A stretch of 64,000 nucleotides of DNA from Polyangiales bacterium (GCA_044229975.1 JBGARZ010000011.1:256001-320000); one strand, 5' to 3'; numbered from the stretch's first letter, positions 18,395-30,134 are shown. Numbers and translations: made by a program. The notes: generated by a model from the letters alone, not told the origin.

Positions 18395-19537
18395 ATGGAG
18401 CTCGTGAACGATCTCCCGACCATCGACCTGCTCGACCGCAAGACGTGGCGCTCCCACCCGCTCTGGCCATGGCGGCGGAACAACCGCCGCGCCGAGTGTC
18501 TCGCCGCGGTCGAGGGCCTCACCGACCCACGCGAGGCGTGGGAGGTGCTCGCGACGCGGGGGTTCATCCCGCTCGCCGCGGTCGACGACGCGACCCGGCG
18601 GTACGCGCAGCGCGAGCCACCACCGGAGCCTTCGTCGGTCCGTACGCTCGGGGACGCGCCGCAGGCGTCGTCGGACGACGGCATCGGGTCCGAAAGTCTC
18701 CCGTACACACAGCGGGTGATGGGTCCGATCGGGCCGTGTCCGCCCAGCGTCGCGGCGTGCGTGCAGATGGCCTCGAGATGGGACCGTCTCGCGGTCGTCG
18801 AGGCGCTGGCGCGCCAGTCGTCGCAGTCGCTGTCCGGTTGGGTGCTGCCGCTCGCGACGACGCCCTCCGTGCACGCCCCCTTCCCGCGCGAGCGCGGGGA
18901 AGGTGCCTGCGTGTGGACCTTCATCCAACCGGCCCTGTATCAACCGCTGGAGCTTCTCGGCGAGACGCTGGGCACCGCGGCGCCGCACGCCGCGGGTCGG
19001 GCGGGCGCCGCCGTGCGATCACTGCTCGACGACTACGGGCTGGTCGACCTCCTGCGCCCCGTGACGCCCCTTCTCCTTGGGCACGCGCTCCTGCGCCGCG
19101 CCGCCGAGAATCCGTCGGAGGCGCCGCTCCTGCGCACGCTGCTCGTGGACGACCCTCCGGGCGATCCGCGCTGGCCCGACCCCTTCACGCCCGCGCTCCT
19201 CGCCTACGCGACCGACGACTGTCTCATCTCGATCGAGGGCGGGCTCGCGCCGCTCATCCACCCGTTTACGGGCTTGCGCAAGTCGTGGGGTGTTCGCATC
19301 GAACCATGGGACTGCAGTTATCAGCTGCCGTGGAATCAGAGCGCCCCCCGCGCGCGACGCCCCCGGCGCTGGCCGCGTCTTCGCTCGCCCGTCGACCGCG
19401 GGCTGGAGTGGTACCGCATCCTCGCGAACATCGACGCACGGGCTCCAACCGCAGCACGCTCACCGGGTCCCACGTCGCAGGGGAGGCGGGAGGTTGGAGA
19501 GGCCGCAAGGGCGCGAGGGTCGCAAGGACGACGATGA
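18395..19537 (+). CDS. Hypothetical protein
   Basis: Long ORF filling the gap; 3' end runs into a repeat. Confidence 0.5.
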   Translation: MELVNDLPTIDLLDRKTWRSHPLWPWRRNNRRAECLAAVEGLTDPREAWEVLATRGFIPLAAVDDATRRYAQREPPPEPSSVRTLGDAPQASSDDGIGSESLPYTQRVMGPIGPCPPSVAACVQMASRWDRLAVVEALARQSSQSLSGWVLPLATTPSVHAPFPRERGEGACVWTFIQPALYQPLELLGETLGTAAPHAAGRAGAAVRSLLDDYGLVDLLRPVTPLLLGHALLRRAAENPSEAPLLRTLLVDDPPGDPRWPDPFTPALLAYATDDCLISIEGGLAPLIHPFTGLRKSWGVRIEPWDCSYQLPWNQSAPRARRPRRWPRLRSPVDRGLEWYRILANIDARAPTAARSPGPTSQGRREVGEAARARGSQGRR

Positions 19538-19627
19538 GATGAGGTGTTCGTGAGGCGTTCTGGTCGTTCCTCCCTTGCGACCCTTGCGATCTTGCGGCCT
19601 CTCCAACCTTTCACCTCCCCTGCGACG
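19473..19627. repeat. Inverted-repeat element, family A
   Basis: 55-bp imperfect arms at 19473-19527 and 19573-19627 containing CGCAAGGG-type 9-mers. Confidence 0.85.
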
Positions 19628-19756
19628 GGGTGCTGGTACAGCCGCGCCCGCGCCGCGACAACGGACTGAGAATCGTGGTTGGACCCGGTCGCGGAATCAG
19701 GGCGCCGATCACGCGGGTTCGGAACGACGCGTGATCGGCGGGGGTGGCCGCGCAGA

Positions 19757-20026
19757 TCAGCCGTTGGGGTGGTCGTGATCGCAGACGGCGAGCGGCGCGC
19801 TCCGCACCGGCACCATGCACACGCGGAGGTTGGTGGCCGACGGGCAGCTCGCCGTGCCGCCGATGCGACCGCCGCGCGCCTCGCAGCCATGGCGGTTGGC
19901 GTAGGTGTCGGAGCCCGAGTAGTGGCAGTAGTCGCGACACGAGGCCGAGCTGCCCCGCGCGCAGATGTAGCAGCCGTCCGCGGAGGCCGTCCGCGAGACC
20001 GCGACGCCGCCGCCGGGGCTCCGGGC
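19757..20026 (-). pseudogene. Start-less Cys-rich secreted protein
   Basis: GVAVSRTASA-DGCYICARGSSASCRDYCHY...; no start codon; in frame after the TGA of 20027-20521. Confidence 0.5.
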
Positions 20027-20521
20027 TCAGCGATGCACCAGCACGAAGGGGTAGGCGATGCGTGTCGTCGTCGTCGTGCTCTCGACGTTCGCCATCCCGC
20101 CCCGCGGCAACGGGCGGTACGTCTCTCGGCCGATCACATCGCTCCCCACCACGAACGGCTCGAACGCTCCGACAAGCGTCTGCTGAACGCACGCATCGAT
20201 CGCCTCATCGCCATCGACATGCGCGCTCACCCGCCCCGCCTCGGGCTCGATCCGCGCCCGCACCCGGACCGTTGCGCCCGCACGCGTACACGCGCAGACG
20301 GCATGGATCACCGGTCGAAGCGCCCGCCCCACGTGCGTCACGGGCACACGAATGACGGCGTTGATCGCGGGTAGCGCGACGTCCTCGCAGCCCGGGTCGA
20401 CGACGGCATCGACCGCGCGAGCCGCGGGCGGCGACACGACCGGCGGCGCGACCCGCGCACGAGGCAGTGCCGGGTGGACGCACCCCATCACGAACACCAG
20501 GCCGAGCGCGGAGCGATGCAC
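20027..20521 (-). CDS. Putative lipoprotein
   Basis: LGLVFVMGC lipobox. Confidence 0.65.
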   Translation of the reverse strand: MHRSALGLVFVMGCVHPALPRARVAPPVVSPPAARAVDAVVDPGCEDVALPAINAVIRVPVTHVGRALRPVIHAVCACTRAGATVRVRARIEPEAGRVSAHVDGDEAIDACVQQTLVGAFEPFVVGSDVIGRETYRPLPRGGMANVESTTTTTRIAYPFVLVHR

Positions 20522-20620
20522 CCCGACATCGATGCCGGATTGGCCGTGAGGTTCCCGATGAGCGCGACGTTCGCTCCTCGTCGTGGCGGTGGCGCAGCAC
20601 GCGGCCGCCGTTGGTACCCA

Positions 20621-20813
20621 CTAGTACCTCGCCACGGGGGACTTGAAGGGTTGAAGAAGCCACCAGGGCGCGAGGGTCGCAAGGGAGAAACGACTGGACC
20701 GCGCACTCACAACCGACCCCCGCCGAGCGAATCACCCTCACCCCGTCTCGTCCTTGCGACCCTCGCGCCCTGGCGGCTTTCAACCCTTCAGGTCCCCTGT
20801 GGCGAGGTACTAG
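20621..20813. mobile_element. MITE-like inverted-repeat element, family A, CTAG at both ends
   Basis: Arms of about 62 bp at 20621-20685 and 20752-20813. Confidence 0.8.
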
Positions 20814-20996
20814 AACACCCCGTCGGGTTGTCGGTGATGGAGCGCATCGCGATACCGCGAACGGTGAGCATCGTGATGCGCGCCGTACGACAGACTCGTC
20901 GTACGACGCGGCCGTCGCAACTCAAGGATCGGTTTGCAGGCGCTGGGACGTGGGCGAGTCGTGGAGAGCGCCGCGCACGCACGGCGCAACCCGCTC

Positions 20997-23942
20997 CTAC
21001 AAGCTCGCGTACTCGCTCATCGGCGGGCACGTGCACACCAGATTGCGGTCCCCATACGGGTTGTCGATGCGCCCCACCGCCGGCCAGAACTTGTGGTCCT
21101 TCAACCACGCCACCGGGTACGCCGCCTGCTCGCGTGAGTACGCGTGCTTCCACGACTCGCTCGCGATCGCCGCCGCCGTGTGCGGCGCGTGCTTCAGCGC
21201 GTTGTCGTTGCGATCGCTGCGCCCCTCTTCGATCGCGCGGATCTCTTCGCGGATCACGATGAGCGCCTCGCACAACCGATCGAGCTCGCTCCTGGACTCG
21301 CTCTCCGTCGGCTCGATCATCAGCGTCCCCGGCACCGGGAAGCTCATCGTCGGCGCGTGGAACCCGAAGTCCATCAGCCGCTTCGCCACGTCGTCGACCT
21401 TCACCCCCGAGGTCTTCTCGAAGGGTCGCAGGTCCATGATGAACTCGTGCGCCACGCGCCCGCGCGCGCCCCGGTACAGCACCGGGTACACGCCCTCCAG
21501 GCGCTTGGCCATGTAGTTGGCGTTGAGGATCGCCACCTGCGTCGCGCGCTTCAACCCATCACCGCCCATGAGCGCGATGTACACCCACGGGATCGTCAGG
21601 ATGCTCGCGCTCCCGTAGCCCGCCGCGCTGATCGGCCCGATGGCGTCGGGGCCCGCCACCGCGGGCGCGCTCACCGGGTGACCCGGCAGGTACGGCGCGA
21701 GGTGCTTCGCCATCGCGATGGGTCCCATGCCCGGTCCGCCGCCGCCGTGCGGGATGCAGAACGTCTTGTGGAGGTTCATGTGGCAGACGTCCGCGCCGAT
21801 GTCGCCGGGGCGGCACAGGCCCACCTGCGCGTTGAGGTTGGCGCCGTCCATGTAGACCTGACCGCCGTGCGAGTGGACCTCCTCGCAGATCGCGCGGATC
21901 TCCTCCTCGAACACCCCGTGCGTCGACGGGTACGTCACCATCAGCGCCGCGAGGTTGTCCTTGTGGGCCTCGACCTTCGCGTGCAGGTCGGCCACGTCCA
22001 CGTCGCCGTTGGCGGTGCACTTCACGGCCACCACCCGCATGCCCGCGATGACGGCGCTGGCCGGGTTGGTCCCGTGGGCGGAGTCGGGGATGAGGCAGAT
22101 GTCGCGGTGGAAATCGCCGCGCGCGCGGTGGTACGCGCGGATGACCATGAGCCCGGCGAACTCGCCCTGCGACCCGGCGTTGGGCTGAAGGCTCACCGCG
22201 TCGAAGCCGGTGATCTCCGCGAGCCAGCGTTCGAGGTCGGCGAAGAGCTTGTGGTAGCCGCGGGTCTGCTCCGACGGCGCGAACGGGTGCATGTCGCCGA
22301 AGGCCGCCCAGGTCACCGGGAGCATCTCGCTGGTGGCGTTGAGCTTCATCGTGCACGACCCGAGCGGGATCATCGAGTGCGTCAGCGACAGGTCGCGCCC
22401 GCGCAGCTTGGTGATGTAGCGAAGGAGCTGCGTCTCCGAGTGGTACGCGCTGAACACCGGGTGCGTGAGGATCGCCGACCTGCGCGCGAGCGACGCAGGC
22501 AGCGCGACGGGCGACTCGCGGAGGAGCGCATCGGGCGACATCGTCGCCGAGCGGTTGCCCGCGAGGTCGAAGACGGTGAACAGCGTGCGCAGCTCGTCGC
22601 GCGTGGTGGCCTCGTCGAGGGCGACGCCGAGGGTGCCGTCGGCGTGCTCGCGGAGGTTGATGCGGTGCTGGTGGGCGCGCGTGATGACGTCGCTCGCGCG
22701 GCCGCCGGCGACCTGCACGCGCAGCGTATCGAAGAACTCGCCGTGCACGATGGTGTGCCCGAGGCGACGCAGACCCTCGCCGAGCGCGCGGGCCATGGCG
22801 TGGGTGCGCACCGCGATGCGCCGCAACCCATCAGGACCGTGATAGACGGCGTACATCCCGGCCATGATGGCCAGCAGCGCCTGCGCCGTGCAGATGTTGC
22901 TCGTCGCCTTGTCGCGGCGGATGTGCTGCTCGCGCGTCTGGATCGCCATGCGCAGCGCGACCTGACCGTGAGCATCACGCGACACGCCGATGATGCGGCC
23001 GGGCATACGGCGGGCGTGTTCGCTCTTCGTCGAGATGAACGCGGCGTGCGGTCCGCCGAAGCCCATGGGGACGCCGAAGCGCTGGCTGTTGCCGACGGCG
23101 ATGTCGGCGCCGAGCTCGCCCGGCGAGGTGAGTGAGACGAGCGCGAGGAGGTCGGTGGCCATCACGACCTGGGCGCCCGCGGCGTGGGCGCGCTCAATGG
23201 TCTCGCGCCAGTCGGCGATGGAGCCGTCCGTTGCGGGGTACTGGAGGAGCAGACCGCAGACGGGCGCGCTCGCATCGACGGGCAGCGCGGCGTGGGCGTC
23301 GACGGTGGTGACCTTGACGCCGAGGGCTTCGGCGCGGGTCGCGACGACGGCGATGGTCTGCGGGTGGCAGCCCTGGTCGACGAGGAAGGTGCGCGGGGTG
23401 TCGTGACCGCCGGCGATGGTCACGCACATGGCCATGGCTTCGGCGGCGGCGGTTCCTTCGTCGAGGAGGGAGGCGCCGGCGAGGGGGAGGCCGGTGAGGT
23501 CGGAGACGAGGGTCTGGAAGTTGAGCAGGGCTTCGAGGCGGCCCTGGGCGATCTCGGCCTGGTAGGGCGTGTATTGCGTGTACCAGCCCGGGTCTTCGAG
23601 GATGTTTCGCTGGATGACGGGCGGCGTGATGGTCGGGTGGTACCCGAGCCCGATACACGACCGGAACCGCTGGTTTTCCGAGGCGACGCGGTGGAGGAGC
23701 GAGAGCAGGCCGTGCTCGCTGCGGGCGGTGGCATCGTCGACGCCGTGCTGCGAGAGCTCGATGCGCAATGGGCGCTGGAGGCGGATGTTGGCCGGGACGG
23801 TCTCGTCGGCGAGGGCGTCGAGGGAGGCGGCGCCGATGGTGGCGAGCATGGCCGAGACGTCATCGTCGCTGGGGCCGACGTGGCGGTGGACGAAGGTGTC
23901 GGAGGGGTCGAGGAGGGCGCTGGTCTCGTGCTCGGATCGCAT
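20997..23942 (-). CDS. gcvP: Glycine dehydrogenase (glycine cleavage P protein)
   Basis: [61 protein letters not shown]. Confidence 0.98.
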   Translation of the reverse strand: MRSEHETSALLDPSDTFVHRHVGPSDDDVSAMLATIGAASLDALADETVPANIRLQRPLRIELSQHGVDDATARSEHGLLSLLHRVASENQRFRSCIGLGYHPTITPPVIQRNILEDPGWYTQYTPYQAEIAQGRLEALLNFQTLVSDLTGLPLAGASLLDEGTAAAEAMAMCVTIAGGHDTPRTFLVDQGCHPQTIAVVATRAEALGVKVTTVDAHAALPVDASAPVCGLLLQYPATDGSIADWRETIERAHAAGAQVVMATDLLALVSLTSPGELGADIAVGNSQRFGVPMGFGGPHAAFISTKSEHARRMPGRIIGVSRDAHGQVALRMAIQTREQHIRRDKATSNICTAQALLAIMAGMYAVYHGPDGLRRIAVRTHAMARALGEGLRRLGHTIVHGEFFDTLRVQVAGGRASDVITRAHQHRINLREHADGTLGVALDEATTRDELRTLFTVFDLAGNRSATMSPDALLRESPVALPASLARRSAILTHPVFSAYHSETQLLRYITKLRGRDLSLTHSMIPLGSCTMKLNATSEMLPVTWAAFGDMHPFAPSEQTRGYHKLFADLERWLAEITGFDAVSLQPNAGSQGEFAGLMVIRAYHRARGDFHRDICLIPDSAHGTNPASAVIAGMRVVAVKCTANGDVDVADLHAKVEAHKDNLAALMVTYPSTHGVFEEEIRAICEEVHSHGGQVYMDGANLNAQVGLCRPGDIGADVCHMNLHKTFCIPHGGGGPGMGPIAMAKHLAPYLPGHPVSAPAVAGPDAIGPISAAGYGSASILTIPWVYIALMGGDGLKRATQVAILNANYMAKRLEGVYPVLYRGARGRVAHEFIMDLRPFEKTSGVKVDDVAKRLMDFGFHAPTMSFPVPGTLMIEPTESESRSELDRLCEALIVIREEIRAIEEGRSDRNDNALKHAPHTAAAIASESWKHAYSREQAAYPVAWLKDHKFWPAVGRIDNPYGDRNLVCTCPPMSEYASL

Positions 23943-24102
23943 CGTAGGGGGGTCAATCCTTTCCGGGGGAGCGGACGGGCCGTGAGGGCATCGGAGGGGC
24001 TCAGAGGGCTGAGACGCGGGGGGAGATAGGTCAAGCTGACGCGGTGGGTCAACCGCGGGACATCTGTCATCCGTGTGAGTGATGGGCGTAGTCTCCCGGC
24101 GC

Positions 24103-24510
24103 ATGGGCGACAAGGTGAAGGGATTGATCGTTCTGGCCCTCATCGCTGCGGCGGGATGGAAGGGCTACGACTGGTGGAAGGGGCGCAACGTGGCGCACCA
24201 GTTTGCCTTCGCGGTGGAGGGGCCGCAGGGCTGCGAAGTGGCGCTCGACTACGCGGTCGGCGAGGCGGCCCACACGGACCGTCAGGCGCTGCCGTGGGAG
24301 GGCGAAGGCATCGCGAGCACCGGGCACCAGACGGTGCGCTTGAAGGCCGTGGTCCCGGCGAGCTGCCACTGGCAACCCGAGCAGGTGCGGTGCGTGGTGA
24401 CGCGCGACGGAGCTCCCTGGCAGAACGTGACGTCGCACCGGCAGACGGATCCGAGCAATGGGGATCCCAACGGCGCGCTGTGCGAAGTGGAGCGCGACGC
24501 GACGCAGTAG
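24103..24510 (+). CDS. Secreted or membrane-anchored hypothetical protein
   Basis: N-terminal hydrophobic helix, 4 Cys. Confidence 0.65.
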   Translation: MGDKVKGLIVLALIAAAGWKGYDWWKGRNVAHQFAFAVEGPQGCEVALDYAVGEAAHTDRQALPWEGEGIASTGHQTVRLKAVVPASCHWQPEQVRCVVTRDGAPWQNVTSHRQTDPSNGDPNGALCEVERDATQ

Positions 24511-25581
24511 CTACGCGCGGGTCAGCACGCCGAAGTCCACCAGCATCGCGACGGCGTCCGCCGGCACCTCCTCGCCCGCTGCGCCCGTCGCTGCTGCGAT
24601 CGCCGCGTCGGTGGGCCGCCCATCGAAGTGGTGGAGCTGATCGAAGAGCACCCGCGGCACCGTCAGCGGATCGAGGTGGCTGTACCCCTGCACGCGCACC
24701 GTGTCGGCGGTGAGACCGACGACCTGCGCGCGGCCGAGCGCGAGCCGTGACGGCAGCGACTCCTCGCGGAGCTGCGCCTGCGCGAGACGCACGGTGCGTG
24801 CGAGGGCGAGCACCTCGGCGCCACCGAGGGCGAGCGCGTCGCGGGCCGAGAGCGACTCGGCGACGACGGTGCAGGCGATGAAGTACCCATCGATGTCGGA
24901 GGCCCAGCGGCCCCACGCCGCGTCGGCGGAGACGAGGACATCGGCGCGCGGGTTGCCGTGCGGTTGGTCGAGCGGCGCGAGGCGAGCGATGGCTTCGGGG
25001 GGAATGTCGAGGGTGAGCGCGCAGTGCCAGGCGACGGCGCGTTCGAGGCGGGTGAGGAGCTGTTGGAGGCGGTTCCAGAGGGCCTTGGAGCGCTCGCCGC
25101 GGGTGTGCTTGCAGAACCACGTCGCGCAGGTGGCCTCGCGCCACGCCCAGACGCCGCAGCGTCCCGTGACGGGCTCGTAGTGGGGACAGCGCAGCGAGAC
25201 GTCGCGACCAAAGTGGGCAACGTCGGTGTGATGCGAAGAGACCGTCGCGTGGTCGGCGAGGAGGCCGAGCGGGGAGAGGTCCGACGCATCAGCGATGCGG
25301 CGACGGATGGACGCGGCGGCGACGGGCGAAGCATCGCGGAGCGCACCACCGACGAGGAAGTTGGCGAGCGTCGGGAGGAAGGTGCAGCAACGGGTGTCGG
25401 GCGAGAAGACCATCGCGCCGGGCGGAGCGGCGGAGTCGATCATCGCGCAGTCGTCGCAGGTGGCGTTGACCTCGTCGGGCAGCGACGGGTCGTCGAGCGC
25501 GGCCGTGAGCCAGCGCGCCTGGAGCGGCGGCAGCGCCGAGTCGGGCGAGCGCTGGAGGAGCGGGAGCGAGCGGCGGGTCAT
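24511..25581 (-). CDS. Cys-cluster protein (YkgJ/CxxCxxCC-like)
   Basis: TCDDCAM, RCCTF, RCPHY...RCGVWAWREATCATWFC. Confidence 0.7.
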   Translation of the reverse strand: MTRRSLPLLQRSPDSALPPLQARWLTAALDDPSLPDEVNATCDDCAMIDSAAPPGAMVFSPDTRCCTFLPTLANFLVGGALRDASPVAAASIRRRIADASDLSPLGLLADHATVSSHHTDVAHFGRDVSLRCPHYEPVTGRCGVWAWREATCATWFCKHTRGERSKALWNRLQQLLTRLERAVAWHCALTLDIPPEAIARLAPLDQPHGNPRADVLVSADAAWGRWASDIDGYFIACTVVAESLSARDALALGGAEVLALARTVRLAQAQLREESLPSRLALGRAQVVGLTADTVRVQGYSHLDPLTVPRVLFDQLHHFDGRPTDAAIAAATGAAGEEVPADAVAMLVDFGVLTRA

Positions 25582-25699
25582 CGCGAGGGAGCGGAGCGTA
25601 CCAGGGGTTCGCAAGGGCGCGTCAGGGTATGTCACCGACGGGTTGCAGCGGACGCGGGCTCTGTTACGGGAGGGCGATGCCTTCATTGGAGCATCAGCC

Positions 25700-26195
25700 T
25701 CCGTCGACGAAGAGACGGCTCGGGCCGCACCCGAGTTCACCATCGCCGCGGCGCTCGCCCATGCGGACAATCCCGACGCTGTGGACCTCGTGCGGGCGAT
25801 TCCAGCGGCCCTCGACGTGCTCGACGCTCCCCATGTGCGCGTATCTTCTGGCCCTGCGGCGCGCGCTTTCACCAGTCCTCCGCGACCTCCTGGAGAACCT
25901 CACCATGAGCACCGAAAACATCTTCGAGCTGCCAGCGCCTCCCTGGCTGGAGAAGATCGAGTCCGCGGCCAGCGCCCGCGGTGAAGCCCGCGGTGAGGCC
26001 CGCGGTGAAGCCCGCGGTGAAGCGCTCGCGGTGCTCAAGGTGCTCGAAGCGCGCGGCGTCGCGGTGAGCGAGGCCATTCGCGCTCAGGTTCTCGCCTGCG
26101 CCGACCGGCCTACCCTCGACCGCTGGCTCAAGCGCGCCGTCACCGCGAAGACCGCCGCCGCAGTCGTCCGCGCACCCCGCGCTACGCGTCCTTGA
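25700..26195 (+). pseudogene. Frameshifted C-terminal fragment of an Rpn/DUF4351-like GEARG-repeat protein
   Basis: RGEARGEARGEA repeats, LEARGVAV...LDRWLKRA; upstream part is in another frame (shift near 25840). Confidence 0.65.
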
Positions 26196-27348
26196 GGGCC
26201 TGCCGCCACTGCGCCGGGAGGTCGAGCAGCCCCTCGCTGTGCAGGTGGTCGTAGAACGCGTCGCACATCACCGCGCACGCCGTGCTGAACACCCGCGGAT
26301 CAGCCACGAACCCTCTCGTCTCGGGCCGCAGCGAGGCGTCCGTCGCGTCGAGCCGCGCCACCAGCGGGTCTTGCACGTTGAGCACGAGGTCTTCCAGGAA
26401 GTGCTTCTCGAACACCTCGCGAAACCGCGGAAACGCCCGCGGCCCGACGCGCGGCATCCCGTGGATGGGGTCGCCCGCGCGCGCCACGTTGGCCTCGCGC
26501 ACCACCGCCCAGCAGAACTCTCCCAGGTTGCTTCGAAACCCATCCCGGAAGAACTCCGTGAACACCTCCACCACGATGGGCAGCAGCCGACCCAGCTCCG
26601 GCGCGCGCTGCGAGAGGTACGCCGACTGGAGGTCGCGCTCCCACCGCGACAGCTTCTCCAGCGCCGTGTCGTGAAACTCCTCGCGGTCGTACTTGAGTGA
26701 GCGCAGGTCGTCGCGCAGCCGCTGCTGGTTGCGCAGCACCGCGGTGTAGAGCGCCTGCTCGGGGCTGTGCACCACGCGGGCGGCGAGCTCCTTCGGGCTC
26801 GCGTTGACCCCCAGCGCGAACTCGAAGAACAGCGTCGTGAAGCGCCGCGAGAGCAGGTCGAGCTTGAGCTTGAGGAAGGTGCCGCGGCGGGGGTCGAGGA
26901 TCTGCTCCAGGCTCTTCCTGAGCACGGCGATGAGGTCGATCTCGTAGTCGGCGCTGCTGACCTTCGACTCGGGCCGCTGCGACTGCCGAACGTCCTGGAT
27001 GGCCTTGAGCTCGTCGATCACCTGCTGCGTGATCGCGTCGAGCTCGGCGTTGGTCCGCTGCTCGGGGTTGAAGAACACCACCCGCGCGCTCACCTGCTCG
27101 CCGCGCAGCTTGAGCGCCGCGCTCGCGAGGTCGAGCCGCTGCTGGGTACTCCCACCGCCGATGAGTGAGCCGCTCGCGGGGTCGCCCGCGCTCGCCGGGG
27201 GTCGCGGGGCGGGCCGCGCGCCCGAGTCGGTGCGCTTGGTCAGGAGCATCGGCGTGCTGTCGCGCACCTCGGTGTTGTCACGCCGCGCGTCCGCAGGCAC
27301 AGGGGGCGGCGCCGTCGATGGGACTCCCGGTCGGTTCTTGTCGCTCAC
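26182..27348 (-). CDS. Hypothetical helical protein
   Basis: Long ORF with host-like codon usage. Confidence 0.75.
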   Translation of the reverse strand: MSDKNRPGVPSTAPPPVPADARRDNTEVRDSTPMLLTKRTDSGARPAPRPPASAGDPASGSLIGGGSTQQRLDLASAALKLRGEQVSARVVFFNPEQRTNAELDAITQQVIDELKAIQDVRQSQRPESKVSSADYEIDLIAVLRKSLEQILDPRRGTFLKLKLDLLSRRFTTLFFEFALGVNASPKELAARVVHSPEQALYTAVLRNQQRLRDDLRSLKYDREEFHDTALEKLSRWERDLQSAYLSQRAPELGRLLPIVVEVFTEFFRDGFRSNLGEFCWAVVREANVARAGDPIHGMPRVGPRAFPRFREVFEKHFLEDLVLNVQDPLVARLDATDASLRPETRGFVADPRVFSTACAVMCDAFYDHLHSEGLLDLPAQWRQALKDA

Positions 27349-27431
27349 AGCGCGGCGGAGTCTATCGGTCCTCGCCTGCGGTGCCCACTCCCTGCATGAT
27401 CGCGCGTTCAACCTCCCCACCCCCTCTTCCA

Positions 27432-28355
27432 ATGAGCAACCGCGAACTCCTGGCCCTCGGGACGGCGTCCCAGGTTCCGACCCGCCGCCGCAACCACAAC
27501 GGCTATTTCCTGCGCTGGGACGACGAGGGATTCCTCTTCGACCCCGGCGAAGGAACCCAGCGCCAGATGGTCTTCGGCGAGCTCCCCGCCAGCGCCATCC
27601 ACCGGGTGTTTGTCACCCACTTCCACGGCGACCACTGCCTCGGCCTCGCGGGCATCCTGCAGCGCCTCTCCCTCGACCGCTGCGCCCACCCGGTCACGGT
27701 GCACTACCCCGCCTCGGGGCAGGTGTACTTCGAGCGCCTCCGCGACTCGTCGATCTACCACCACGCCGCGACCATCATCCCCGCACCCATCGAGATCGCC
27801 CCCGACACCCTCGCCGTTGTCGCCGAGACCGAGAGCTACCGCCTCCTCGCGCACGTGCTCGACCACCCCGTCCCGACGCTCGGCTACCGCTTGGAAGAGC
27901 GCGCTGGACGAAGGTTTCTGCCCGATCGTCTCGCCGCGCTCGGCGTGCACGGCCCGATGGTGAAGGCCCTCTCCGACGCCGGCTCACTGCCCGTCGGCGA
28001 GCGGCTCGTGACCGTCGACGAGGTGAGCGTTCCGAAGGAGGGCAGCGTCGTGGCCTTCGTGATGGACACCCGCGCATGTGCTGGTGCCGTGGCCCTCGCC
28101 CGCGACGCCGACCTCCTCGTGATGGAGGCCACCTTCGCCGCGCGCGACCAGCAGCTCGCCGACGCCTACGGCCACTCCAGCTCCGTCGACGCCGCGCGCA
28201 CCGCCCTCGCCGCGGGCGCGAAGAAGCTCGCCATCACCCACTTCTCGCAGCGCTACACCAGCACCGACGACCACCTCGCCGAGGCGCGCGCCATCTTCCC
28301 CGCGACCGTGGCCCTGCGCGACCTCGACCGCGTCGACGTCCCCCGCCGCCGATAG
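27432..28355 (+). CDS. rnz: Ribonuclease Z
   Basis: LGTASQVPT, FDPGEGTQRQ, THFHGDHCLG, EATF, HFSQRY. Confidence 0.93.
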   Translation: MSNRELLALGTASQVPTRRRNHNGYFLRWDDEGFLFDPGEGTQRQMVFGELPASAIHRVFVTHFHGDHCLGLAGILQRLSLDRCAHPVTVHYPASGQVYFERLRDSSIYHHAATIIPAPIEIAPDTLAVVAETESYRLLAHVLDHPVPTLGYRLEERAGRRFLPDRLAALGVHGPMVKALSDAGSLPVGERLVTVDEVSVPKEGSVVAFVMDTRACAGAVALARDADLLVMEATFAARDQQLADAYGHSSSVDAARTALAAGAKKLAITHFSQRYTSTDDHLAEARAIFPATVALRDLDRVDVPRRR

Positions 28356-28374
28356 GCGGTATCGTCCCCACCCC

Positions 28375-29007
28375 ATGGACCTCGACGCCCTCTTCCGCAC
28401 GCTCGAACCCGTCGCGCGCGCGCGCTGCACCGACGACCCCGCCCACGACTGGCTCCACGTCCGGCGCGTCGTCGCGAGCGCCCGCACCATCGCCGAGGCC
28501 GAGGGCGCCGACCGCCACGTCTGCACCACGGCGGCGCTGCTGCATGAGCTGTTCAATCACCCCAAGGGGCACCCGGAGTCGCACCGCTCGGGGGAGGTCT
28601 GCGCCGAGCATGCGCGGCTGCTGCTGCGAGAGCACGACGCGCCCGACGGCTTCGTCGAGGCGGTGGGCTACGCCATCGCGGTGCACCCGTTTTCACTGGG
28701 CGTGACGCCGACGACCCTCGAAGCGAAGGTGTTGCAGGACGCCGACCGCCTCGACGCCATCGGGGCCATCGGGCTGGCGCGGTGCTTCGCGACCTGCGCG
28801 GTGATGCGGCGGCCGTTCTATGAAGTGGATGACCCGTTCTGCGAGCGGCGCGCGCCCGACGACAAGCTGTGGGGCATCGACCACGTCTACAAGAAGCTGC
28901 TCAAGCTCCGCGACGGCATGAACACCCCCACCGGACGCGCGATGGCGGGACGTCGCAACGAGGTGATCGAGCGCTTCATGGACGACCTGCGCGCCGAGCT
29001 CGGATAG
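28375..29007 (+). CDS. HD-domain phosphohydrolase (YedJ-like)
   Basis: AHDWLHVRRV, ALLHE, LQDADRLDAIGAIG. Confidence 0.9.
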   Translation: MDLDALFRTLEPVARARCTDDPAHDWLHVRRVVASARTIAEAEGADRHVCTTAALLHELFNHPKGHPESHRSGEVCAEHARLLLREHDAPDGFVEAVGYAIAVHPFSLGVTPTTLEAKVLQDADRLDAIGAIGLARCFATCAVMRRPFYEVDDPFCERRAPDDKLWGIDHVYKKLLKLRDGMNTPTGRAMAGRRNEVIERFMDDLRAELG

Positions 29008-29014
29008 CGCCCGG

Positions 29015-29671
29015 TCAGCGCGGCGGCGTGGCTACGACTGTGTGGGGTGACGGCACGGGCGGCGCCTCGTCGCGCTCACCGATGGGCTTCCACCCGTGGC
29101 GACGCAGGAAGGTACGCACCTTCCCGAACTGCTCCATGCACATGAACACCGGCGCGTATTCGTCGGTCAGTCGCACGGGCGCGTCGGGCTCGTCGAGCAC
29201 CACGACGATGCGCGCGACGTCGCGAGCGCCGGTCAGCTCCGTGGGCGCAGTGACCGGCCCGAAGCGCTGCTTGTCCGTCGCGCGCTCGATGCCCTTGCGC
29301 TCGACCTCGACGTCGCGAACGGCGGAGAGCGCCAAGACCGCGGGCTCTGGTTGTCCCGCGCGGGTGATGGTGAGGGCGCCGTCGTGTACGTCGAGCGTGA
29401 AGCCCGGGTCGACCTGCCTGGCCCGGCGAACGCCGTGATAGACCGCGAGCGCCAGCGCGCAGCCGATCGCGACCTCGGGCAGCTCGATCGCCACCACCGA
29501 CAGCACGAAGACCTCCAGCATCAGCAGGTAGTAGCCGCGCAGCGCCACCTTGCTGCGGGTGTCGCGGGTGGAGTCCTTCCACACGACGACCAGCGTCGGC
29601 TCCACGGTGCGCGCCTCGGTCTTGGGGGGCGTGCGGTATGGCGTGGCGCTCGACATCGCAGGTTCGTTCAT
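29015..29671 (-). CDS. Membrane protein
   Basis: Two TM helices. Confidence 0.7.
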   Translation of the reverse strand: MNEPAMSSATPYRTPPKTEARTVEPTLVVVWKDSTRDTRSKVALRGYYLLMLEVFVLSVVAIELPEVAIGCALALAVYHGVRRARQVDPGFTLDVHDGALTITRAGQPEPAVLALSAVRDVEVERKGIERATDKQRFGPVTAPTELTGARDVARIVVVLDEPDAPVRLTDEYAPVFMCMEQFGKVRTFLRRHGWKPIGERDEAPPVPSPHTVVATPPR

Positions 29672-29672
29672 A

Positions 29673-30134
29673 TCACGGCGGTGGGTGCAGGGACTCGTCC
29701 CGCGGTGTGGTGATGCCCTGGAGCATCACGCCCGCCGCCGCGATGAGCAGCGTCGTCATCACCGGCACGAAGCGCGCCCCGGCCGTGAAGAGAAACGTCG
29801 CCCCCAGCGCCGGGAGCTGCGGAACCGACGTGGCGATGTAGAGCGCCGTCATCCGGGCGTTTTCCTCCGCGTCGGGTCGGCCCACCTTCAGCTTCGCGGC
29901 CGCGAGCGCGCGCCGCAACACCACGCGGTGCACCAGCACGCCCAGCACCGAGGCCGCCACCGTCAGCGGAACGAACCCCCACGCGATGGGCGTCAGCGTG
30001 TCGCGCACCATCAACCGCAGGTCGCGCATGTCGCTGGTGAACATCACCGTGCGGATGGCGGTCTCCACCGCGAGCGAGAGCGGGCTCGACAGCGCGATGA
30101 GCGGGAGCAGCACGCGTCGACTCACCTTCGCCAT
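29673..30134 (-). CDS. Membrane protein
   Basis: Several TM helices. Confidence 0.7.
   Translation of the reverse strand: MAKVSRRVLLPLIALSSPLSLAVETAIRTVMFTSDMRDLRLMVRDTLTPIAWGFVPLTVAASVLGVLVHRVVLRRALAAAKLKVGRPDAEENARMTALYIATSVPQLPALGATFLFTAGARFVPVMTTLLIAAAGVMLQGITTPRDESLHPPP

Noticed and set aside
23943..24100. Glycine riboswitch upstream of gcvP
   Set aside because: The conserved GGAGA, GAAGG and CTCTCAGG aptamer motifs are not visible on the minus strand
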